From Macrostomum lignano (lineage: Eukaryota), in the NCBI GenBank assembly GCA_002269645.1, contig NIVC01001052.1, forward strand, positions 124,001 through 188,000: DNA of 64,000 bases. Reading direction: 5' to 3'. The notes beneath the pieces were generated by a model, which saw only the letters and a program-made list of their open reading frames with translations, did no database searches and was not told where the DNA came from. How positions within the stretch are numbered: position 1 is the stretch's first letter; every line of letters begins with the position of its first letter. The position numbers and the translations under genes are program-made. This document shows, piece after piece, positions 32,701-42,275 of this stretch.

Positions 32701-33973
32701 ATAGCGCCAATGAGTGTTAGAGAGCGCCAATGTTTATTGGCGCCATTGTGCATTTAAGGGAGCGCCAAAATGACATCAATTAAAATTTCACAGAAATTCT
32801 CGGAAATTGGCAGCTAACAAGAGTTCTTCACGGACCTGCAAATAAAAGAATTGTAAACTAGTGTAGTGTAGCCTTACCCTGTAAAACTAACATTAGCGCA
32901 GACTAGCCAGTACTGATGAAAGATAAACTGCCTAAGGCTAAGGCATTCCACAGTAACAGGCTCCGATTGTGTAAAAAGCAGGCTGCCAAGAGTCAGCGAC
33001 TGAGCGAGGAAATTAGCCGCAGCCTCATGGTCGCGTAATTCGGCTGAATCAATAATATTAACCATTTCCTGTAATTGTATTTTGCTTAATTTGTAGTTTT
33101 TATCCACAGGTTAAAAAATGTTGACAGTCATGTTGGACACCCTACCGCGTCGCAGATGCTTGCCATCGGGTTCAAGCCATTAAACGTCTGCCTATTCAGA
33201 CTGTTAACAGCCAGACTGAGTATTGACAGCTTTTTAGTGAGAATACTTTCCGCCTCGATTGCGTCAGCCTGATTGGCCTGTGAATAAAAGCGTTAAAGTC
33301 AATTATTATCAGAATATTTTGTATAGCTTACTCTTAATCAGACTTTTAAAACGCCGATAAACATATTGTGCATGTAATTTTTATAGGGGGTTGTAGCTTA
33401 TTGGTTAGATCGGCGTCGGACTCACGACTTGAAGGCCGGGGGTTCGATTCCCGATCCCACTCGGAACAATTTGTGTCCTTGAGCAAGACACTTAACTCCT
33501 TCAGTTCACCCAGCTGTAAAATTGGTACTAGCATTAGCTGGGATAATGGAGGGTGTGTGTAGGGACCCCGCAGTCCTTGAACTGAACAGCCGTACCACCC
33601 GTACGCAGCCTTCAGATGCGCCGCGAAATAGCTGCGACGCGACTGAGCTGTCGGTTGCACATCTGGCCATTAGGGCAATTGCAATCAATCTATATAACTA
33701 TCATTACTTGTACATGTCTGACGGTTAGAAAGTCAGGGCCGATGTACACCCTTTGTCAGCGTGTGTACGCGTGCGTGTCTGCGTACAGAATCGGTGCGCT
33801 TGTACGTAGACTTGCCTCAGCGAAGGAGTTGCGCTCGTTGTGAAGAATTAATATAATTTTAACTGGTCAGCAACTATTGAAATTTTAACAAAATAGTAAT
33901 AACAAACCTGAATTTCAGCCAACAGTGTCTCCTTCATCACCTGTTCGGCAGATTCCTTTCTATCTTTGCTCAT
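29774..33973 (-). CDS. Unrecognised 4-exon host gene, 445 aa
   Basis: Exons 33973-33908, 33068-32878, 32120-31768 and 30501-29774 are GT-AG with matching phases (0, 2, 1). Total 1338 nt, open to the stop, with GC-richer exons. Confidence 0.7.
31229..31546. mobile_element. Degenerate hAT (Charlie-like) MITE with CT-rich interior
   Basis: Starts CCGGGCTCGGCAAACTCCGGCCCG and ends TTGGCCCTTGACCCCTG; TSD not clean. Confidence 0.4.
32333..32770. repeat. Intronic minisatellite, ~21-22-bp unit with higher-order duplication
   Basis: AGAGGGCGCCA(A)TGTGTG(TG)TT units that degrade toward 32770. Confidence 0.9.
33387..33705 (+). mobile_element. tRNA-derived SINE
   Basis: A-box TAGCTTATTGGTTAG, B-box GGTTCGATTCC, then GTGTCCTTGAGCAAGACACTT and CACCCAGCTGTAAAATTGGTAC, a central-domain style common in metazoan SINE2 families. 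Confidence 0.75.
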
Positions 33974-34559
33974 CGTTTGACATACAAAGACTGAAAACAC
34001 CAGTGTCAAGTTTGTGAATGTAGAACTTATTTCATAACTTAATAGAATCATATTATGAGCCAATATGAAATGACTAATTCTAATCAAAGTGAACTTGAGA
34101 TGACCTTGGGTAGTGAGGTAGAGTGAACTCATAGTCATGGACATTTTAAAACAATAATGTGGCGAAGTTAATAGCACAAGCTGAACACACTATTTTTTCA
34201 ATCATTAAGCAAGAATTTCAGTACAATTTATTACATTCTTAAGTCCACGACAAAGCCTATTCATGCACCGTAGCATATTCTCAATCGCTGATAAAGTACC
34301 ATATGCACTTTTAAAATGCTCAAATAGATTTTAACTCGCAAAACGCAGATTGATAAAATAAAATGAATGGCATTACAAAACGTGGGACTTGATACTGGTC
34401 TCAAGCCTAAAGTACATAGATGGAGTTCAGTTAGAGGTGAACCCTCATATATGTGCGCTAATCCAGTATCTTTTAAAAGAGGAGCAGAATTTATTACATT
34501 TCCATTCGACTTTAGACAAAAAAGATAAAAAACCAAGCAATGGCACGAGTTTATTAAAG

Positions 34560-34812
34560 CTAGCCTAGACATAACCAATCCTGAACACTGCGGGCTGAGT
34601 TTAACATAGACAAACATCCTACACGCTGCGGAGTGAGTTTACCATAGAGATAACCAATCCCGCACGCTGCGGGGTTAGTTTACCATAGAGATAACCAATC
34701 CCGCACGCTGCGGGGTGAGTTTACCATAGAGATAACCAATCCCGCACGCTGCGGGGTGAGTTTACCATAGACATAACTAATTCTGTACGCTGCGGGGTGA
34801 GTTTACCATAGA
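34560..34812 (-). repeat. Second array of the 41-bp unit, ~6 copies, inverted relative to 23642-24065
   Basis: GCGGGGTGAGTTTACCATAGAGATAACCAATCCCGCACGCT is the reverse complement of the 23.6-kb unit. Confidence 0.92.
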
Positions 34813-34861
34813 CAACGAATCTTGTACACAGAATCAAGAATAGGCAAGCCTCCTTATAGTC

Positions 34862-35497
34862 CTATCCAAACAAAGTAGCCTCGCTGCGAATATACTCGCC
34901 AATGTCAGCCTGATGGAAGCACACTAACGCCATAGGATCGGCTTTGCGAGACTGCAGCGTAGACTTGGCGGCAACGCCGAATCCCAATGGAGTATCGCTC
35001 ATTGAGTACACAACCAGACCTGCGTATTGCGGCGTTGCGTCAGTGATGCGGCCGAGGCCGGCTTTGGTCACGTGATGCCCGTATAGGAACTGCTGCTCTG
35101 CCGAAGGCTTCAGCCAAATCTTATGCTTAGCATAAGGAGCGAGAAAGTCCAGAGCGGTAACCTACAAGTGAATAAAGGCGTAGAAGCTCTTTGATCTACG
35201 ATTCTGGTTTACAAATGTTAAAAATAAAGGAGGAAGTGACAAGAAACTAACCTGCAAATGAAACTTGTTAGACTTGGTGAATTTGCCCAAACAGGTGCCA
35301 AAGCTGAGTAGCTGCTTTCGCTGTACATTGGCCGCTCGTTTCATTGTGGGCTCAGGGGCATAGTAAACCCGGCAGCGGTGAAGCCGCAGGCAGTACTGCT
35401 GATCGGCACGATTAAGCAGGGCTGTCAGGCTGTCACCGATAAACTTTGACAGCTTCACAAATACCGCCTTTGTCTCGTCTTCTGTCAGTGGCCTCAT
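34862..35497 (-). CDS. NIP7: 60S ribosome biogenesis protein NIP7, 2 exons, 181 aa
   Basis: Exons 35497-35252 and 35161-34862 with a 90-nt GT-AG intron. Reads [10 protein letters not shown]...[16 protein letters not shown]|[31 protein letters not shown]...[11 protein letters not shown]. Confidence 0.97.
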
Positions 35498-38277
35498 TTA
35501 GCGAGTAATGATAGAGCTAGGCTGAAAATGGTATTAATCTTTTGTTGAGCAAATACCAAGTTTAATCTGTTGCATTGTTGCAAATTGTGCATAAGGTTGA
35601 ATAGGATTCTACAGTTATCAAAAATACTTTTGACATCCCTGGCAATGAGGATTCTAGGATTTAAATCTCATTGGATATTATGCCATATAATAAAATTTTT
35701 GCTATACAATGTCAAGATCCTTGAATTTTAGGATCTGGGATTCTGTATGCTTATTATGAGTAGGTTTGATAAGTGATCTATTTGATTTGAATCTGAACCC
35801 AAATTCCTTGAGATGGCAGCAAAAAATTCGAATCCCAATACTAAAAAGGGATTCGATAGGGGTTAAGCTGACAAACCCATTAGAATTTTGCTTCTCTTCT
35901 TGTTAGTTCTTGTTAATCAATTTTACTCTTTTTGCATCAAAATAAATTCGTTAAAACTGTCTCTTGTCTATGGGGTTTTTATTCTGTAGCCCACCTTGCT
36001 CCACCACATCGGTGTTTGCATCTGGCTTCTTTTATGCTCCAACCATGGAAATATTGCGCTTATCTGGTTTTTAACTAAGTGCTGTAAACATAAGAATTAC
36101 GTACTCTATTTACATTTACAACTATTTGCAGACAGGAATCGATCTGTCTTCCTGTTTGCCTTCCTTCCTTATATGATAATCACGAATTCCGGATTATTTT
36201 TATTATAATTTCCCTGAACAACCATAAGCTTATAGGACTACTAAGTCATCATACAACAACGAAATTTCACAAGACACTGTTGCTCCTTTGGAAAAGGATG
36301 AAAGTAAAATCGCGCTTGTGATTTTGACATTTGACTGACATGAGAGTCACATGCCCTAAAGTCACATGCTGAAAGTGAGTGGCACAAGAAGAGTATGCAA
36401 GAAATATCAATGCAAATATGCGAAGCAAATATTCCTGGACTCAACAGTACCAAAACCTATAAAGCAGTCTCTTAGGAAAGGTTTTTTATCTCCCAACAGA
36501 TGATATCCTCATATCTTAAACTGACAGTTTAAAGAGCTGATCAAGGAAATGGAGTCTTCATGCTTTGTTGATGAAGCTAACAAGAAAAGATGTTGAATTG
36601 CTATGGTTTTTTTGCTGCCTTGAATTTTGGGACCTCAGATGCTTCTTCTGGGCACTTCTACTATCAATGCAACAAATGCTAATATAATTACAGATGTAAT
36701 TTTTGAGCTTGCTCTTGAGAGCTGCTTAACTTTTTTTCGTTATGGGCTCCGCTGGCTATTTGAGAGCAACCTACATATTTAGGTGTTTCTTCCACTGGGA
36801 CTGGGCTAGCATCCCAACTGCAATTCTAGGACAGCAATAATGGTCCTTGCCTAGCCACTTGTTGTTATGGCTAGTTCGTAGGTTGGCAACCTATTTATTA
36901 ATTATACTTTACAACCTTTTCTATTTTGAATAAAGTGTGTTCCATGTTTAATCTGCGTCTTCATTTGAATGCCCATTCCCATCCTCCTTGCTATCCACCA
37001 ACCCTTCTTACTATTTCTTCTATCCTCCTTGCCATTCCATTCCTAGGCCTAGGATAAGTAGATTAAGAATATAGGTAAAGTAGGCTAGTTGTTGATGGTA
37101 TGTGGTGAGTAGCGTAGCTACTCCGTGTTAGCAAACGCGTCGGGTAGGGGCCGCCCCCGGGCCTGTGGGCTCTCCATTGTGCGTGCTATGTTTGGCGGGG
37201 TGGTGGGTGCTTGAGTCCCCCCACCCAGGCCCTTGGGAGTTTTTTAGGCTGCGCGGGGCTGCCTTGGCCTAGCTACCCTGCCTTGCATTTGCAAGTCCAA
37301 TTTTTTTATCCTGTTTTATTTTCCCCCTTTTAAAGCCACTTTTTCCTTCATTTGCCTTTGTTTTAAAGCCACATTTGCCTTCGTATTGAGCTCATCAAAA
37401 TATATTTGACCAATCCTTGGGGCCTGTTCCGCCCGGGTTCGTCTCCCTCGCCTGTGTCGGCCTTCGCCTTCCTTCCTCGACATTGTTCGTTGAATGGAGA
37501 TTGAGGTTAAAACCTGGTTTTGTAGTATATGAGCTAATGAGGTATATCTGCTTCAGTAGAGGGTTTATGCCTCTGGTAGAGTGTGGTTTTCACTACCTTG
37601 GTCTGGGGGAAGCAGATAATGGGCCTAGTTCCTAGTTGCCTAAAGGCTTTTTATAACCTGGTTGGGTGCCACCCAGGGCCTGATTTGTTTCAAGCATTTA
37701 TTTTTTAACCTAGCATACAACACAAACTTGACAAAAACTTGACTGATACTATCAAAATGGGTAAAACTTGCCTTGCCAAGTTTAGCTAGATACTTTAAAT
37801 ACAATCTAAAATGTCAAATGAGGCATGATGGTCAGTCAAGATATTTTATTAATTTGCAGTACTCAAATCTATCCTGTCATTTTAACATTTCAGCAGTGCT
37901 GAGTGCTGCACAAAAACTCACATTGGAATGTATATTGCCAAGAGTAGCAATAGGGGTACAGTGATGTTATAATGTATTTTCTAATTGTAATTTGTTCAGT
38001 TGAATATGCATTTCAGATAAAGCACACAAACTGAGCATTGGGTTTGCAAATTTGCTACAAAATTGACAGGCTCAAAAGGTTTGTAGATAGGAAAAATCTT
38101 GAAATTGTTCAAGACCACAAGATTACATTGGGGAAAGTGAGTCAAAAGCTTGAGTATCTAGTATATACTAGTGAATGAAGACGCTGTCGTCTTCAAAGGT
38201 GGGACGATGGTTTATATTGTGTCCATTATTGTTTATGGCTATGACATCTATTTATTTAACCTAAATTGAGAGCTAAA

Positions 38278-41200
38278 AAGCCCCCCACGCTCCTGGCATT
38301 AGTTAGTCTAGTGGTATAGTGGGGGACTGGCCGCCCCCCACGCCCCTGGCATTAGTTAGTCTAGTGGTATAGTGGGGGCTGGCCGCCCCCCACGCCCCTG
38401 GCATTAGTTAGTCTAGTGGTATAGTGGGGGGCTGGCCGCCCCCCACGCCCCTGGCATTTGTTAGTCTAGTGGTATAGTGGGGGGCTGGCCGCCCCCACGC
38501 CCCTGGCATTTATTAGTCTAGTGGTATAGTGGGGGGCTCGCCGCCCCCCACGCCCCTGGCATTAGTTAGTCTAAGTGGTATAGTGGGGGCTGGCCACCCC
38601 CACGCCCCTGGCATTAGTTAGTCTAGTGGTATAGTGGGTGGCTGGCCGCCCCCACGCCCCTGGCATTAGTTAGTCTAGTGGTATAGTGGGGGCTGGCCGC
38701 CCCCACGCCCCTGGCATTAGTTAGTCTAGTGGTATAGTGGGGGCTGGCCGCCCCCCACGCCCCTGGCATTAGTTAGTCTAGTGGTATAGTGGGGGGCTGG
38801 CCGCCCCCACGCCCCTGGCATTAGTTAGTCTAGTGGTATAGTGGTATAGTGGGGGGCTAGCCGCCCCCCACGCCCCTGGCATTAGTTAGTCTAGTGGTAT
38901 AGTGGGGGGCTGGCCGCCCCCCACGCCCCTGGCATTAGTTAGTCTAGTGGTATAGTGGGGGGCTGGCCGCCCCCCACGCCCCTGGCATTAGTTAGTCTAG
39001 TGGTATAGTGGGGGCTGGCCACCCCCACGCCCCTGGCATTAGTTAGTCTAGTGGTATAGTGGGGGGCTGGCCACCCCCACGCCCCTGGCATTAGTTAGTC
39101 TAGTGGTATAGTGGGGGGCTGGCCGCCCCCACGCCCCTGGCATTAGTTAGTCTAGTGGTATAGTGGGGGGCTGGCCGCCCCCACGCCCCTGGCATTAGTT
39201 AGTCTAGTGGTATAGTGGGGGGCTGGCCGCCCCCACGCCCCTGGCATTAGTTAGTCTAAGTGGTATAGTGGGGGCTGGCCGCCCCCCACGCCCCTGGCAT
39301 TAGTTAGTCTAGTGGTATAGTGGGGGCTGGCCGCCCCCCACGCCCCTGGCATTAGTTAGTCTAGTGGTATAGTGGGGGCTGGCCGCCCCCACGCCCCTGG
39401 CATTAGTTAGTCTAAGTGGTATAGTGGGGGCTGGCCGCCCCCCACGCCCCTGGCATTAGTTAGTCTAGTGGTATAGTGGGGGGCTGGCCACCCCCACGCC
39501 CCTGGCATTAGTTAGTCTAGTGGTATAGTGGGGGCTGGCCGCCCCCCACGCCCCTGGCATTTATTAGTCTAGTGGTATAGTGGGGGCTCGCCGCCCCCCA
39601 CGCCCCTGGCATTAGTTAGTCTAAGTGGTATAGTGGGGGCTGGCCGCCCCCCACGCCCCTGGCATTAGTTAGTCTAGTGGTATAGTGGTATAGTGGGGGC
39701 TGGCCGCCCCCCACACCCTGGCATTAGTTAGTCTAGTGGTATAGTAGGGGGCTGGCCGCCCCCCACGCCCCTGGCATTAGTTAGTCTAGTGGTATAGTGG
39801 GGGCTGGCCGCCCCCACGCCCCTGGCATTAGTTAGTCTAGTGGTATAGTGGGGGGCTGGCCGCCCCCACGCCCCTGGCATTAGTTAGTCTAAGTGGTATA
39901 GTGGGGGGCTTGCCGCCCCCCACGCCCCTGGCATTAGTTAGTCTAGTGGTATAGTGGGGGGCTGGCCACCCCCCACGCCCCTGGCATTAGTTAGTCTAGT
40001 GGTATAGTGGGGGGCTGGCCGCCCCCCACGCCCCTGGCATTAGTTAGTCTAGTGGTATAGTGGGGGGCTGGCCGCCCCCACGCCCCTGGCATTAGTTAGT
40101 CTAGTGGTATAGTGGGGGGCTGGCCGCCCCCACGCCCCTGGCATTAGTTAGTCTAAGTGGTATAGTGGGGGGCTGCCGCCCCCACGCCCCTGGCATTAGT
40201 TAGTCTAGTGGTATAGTGGGGGCTGGCCGCCCCCCACGCCCCTGGCATTAGTTAGTCTAGTGGTATAGTGGTATAGTGGGGGGCTAGCCGCCCCCACGCC
40301 CCTGGCATTAGTTAGTCTAGTGGTATAGTAGGGGGCTGGCCGCCCCCCACGCCCCTGGCATTAGTTAGTCTAGTGGTATAGTAGGGGGCTGGCCGCCCCC
40401 ACGCCCCTGGCATTTATTAGTCTAGTGGTATAGTGGGGGGCTAGCCGCCCCCACGCCCCTGGCATTAGTTAGTCTAGTGGTATAGTGGGGGGCTGGCCGC
40501 CCCCACGCCCCTGGCATTAGTTAGTCTAGTGGTATAGTGGGGGGCTGGCCACCCCCACGCCCCTGGCATTAGTTAGTCTAGTGGTATAGTGGGGGGCTGG
40601 CCACCCCCCACGCCCCTGGCATTAGTTAGTCTAGTGGTATAGTGGGGGCTGGCCGCCCCCCACGCCCCTGGCATTAGTTAGTCTAGTGGTATAGTGGGGG
40701 GCTGGCCGCCCCCCACGCCCCTGGCATTAGTTAGTCTAGTGGTATAGTGGGGGGCTGGCCGCCCCCACGCCCCTGGCATTAGTTAGTCTAAGTGGTATAG
40801 TGGGGGGCTGGCCGCCCCCCACGCCCCTGGCATTAGTTAGTCTAGTGGTATAGTGGGGGCTGGCCGCCCCCCACGCCCCTGGCATTAGTTAGTCTAGTGG
40901 TATAGTGGGGGGCTGGCCGCCCCCACGCCCCTGGCATTAGTTAGTCTAAGTGGTATAGTGGGGGGCTGGCCGCCCCCCACGCCCCTGGCATTAGTTAGTC
41001 TAGTGGTATAGTGGGGGCTGGCCACCCCCACGCCCCTGGCATTAGTTAGTCTAGTGGTATAGTGGGGGGCTGGCCGCCCCCACGCCCCTGGCATTTATTA
41101 GTCTAGTGGTATAGTGGGGGCTCGCCGCCCCCCACGCCCCTGGCATTAGTTAGTCTAAGTGGTATAGTGGGGGGCTGGCCGCCCCCCACGCCCCTGGCAT

Positions 41201-41975
41201 TAGTTAGTCTAGTGGTATAGTGGTATAGTGGGGGGCTGGCCGCCCCCCACACACCTGGCATTAGTTAGTCTAGTGGTATAGTAGGGGGCTGGCCGCCCCC
41301 ACGCCCCTGGCATTAGTTAGTCTAGTGGTATAGTGGGGGGCTGGCCGCCCCCCACGCCCCTGGCATTAGTTAGTCTAGTGGTATAGTGGGGGGCTGGCCG
41401 CCCCCACGCCCCTGGCATTAGTTAGTCTAAGTGGTATAGTGGGGGGCTGGCCGCCCCCCACGCCCCTGGCATTAGTTAGTCTAGTGGTATAGTGGGGGCT
41501 GGCCACCCCCCACGCCCCTGGCATTAGTTAGTCTAGTGGTATAGTGGGGGCTGGCCGCCCCCCACGCCCCTGGCATTAGTTAGTCTAGTGGTATAGTGGG
41601 GGGCTGGCCGCCCCCACGCCCCTGGCATTAGTTAGTCTAGTGTATAGTAGGGGGCTGGCCGCCCCCCACGCCCCTGGCATTTATTAGTCTAGTGGTATAG
41701 TGGGGTCTGGCCGCCCCCCACGCCCCTGGCATTAGTTTCTCTAGTGGTATAGTGGGGGGCTGGCCGCCCCCCACGCCCCTGGCATTAGTTAGTCTAGTGG
41801 TATAGTGGGGGGCTGGCCGCCCCCACGCCACTGGCATTAGTTAGTCTAGTGGTATAGTGGGGGGCTGGCCGCCCCCCACACCCCTGGCATTAGTTTCTCT
41901 AGTGGTATAGTGGGGAGTTGGCCGCCCCACGCCCCTGGCATTAGTTTGTCTAGTGGTATAGTGGAGGGCTGGCCG
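38278..41975. repeat. Satellite array, ~52-54-bp unit, roughly 70 copies
   Basis: Unit GGCATTAGTTAGTCTAGTGGTATAGTGGGGG(G)CTGGCCGCCCCC(C)ACGCCCCT; variation lies mostly in G/C run length. Confidence 0.98.
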
Positions 41976-42275
41976 CCCCCACACCCCCGCTCCCCCACCC
42001 CTCCCGCGCGTTGTTGTTGGGGAGGGTGGTTGTTGTTGTGGGGTTTGCGTAACGTGGGGGCTGCCGCCCCCACACCCCCGCTCCCCACCCCTCCCGCGCG
42101 TTGTTGTTGGGGAGGGTGGTTGTTGTTGTGGGGTTTGCGTAACGTGGGGGCTGCCGCCCCCACACCCCCGCTCCCCCACCCCTCCCGCACATTGTTGTTG
42201 GGGAGGGTGGTTGTTGTTGTGGGGTTTGCGTAACGTGGGGCTGCCGCCCCCACACCCCCGCTCCCCCACCCCACC
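41975..42275. repeat. ~90-bp tandem repeat, ~3 copies
   Basis: CCCCACACCCCCGCTCCCC...GTTGTTGTTGGGGAGGGTGGTTGTTGTTGTGGGGTTTGCGTAACGTGGGGGCTGCCG. Confidence 0.9.

Noticed and set aside
33387-33460. Functional tRNA gene
   Set aside because: A and B boxes are present, but there is no convincing cloverleaf or T-run terminator, and the sequence continues into a SINE body. The same applies to the B-box matches near 28670 and 42570.
23642-34812. The two inverted 41-bp arrays as arms of one 11-kb foldback transposon
   Set aside because: The outer ends do not match and no TSD is seen. The shared GGCTAGCTT end faces inward, and the interval holds an ordinary host gene.
36240-36830. Possible degraded LINE endonuclease fragments (also ~44500-45150)
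   Set aside because: Only faint motif echoes amid many stops; not enough support for a feature.
38278-41975. 53-bp array as CRISPR or as coding sequence (ORFs 40894-42294)
   Set aside because: It is a plain tandem satellite; the ORFs are repeat translations.
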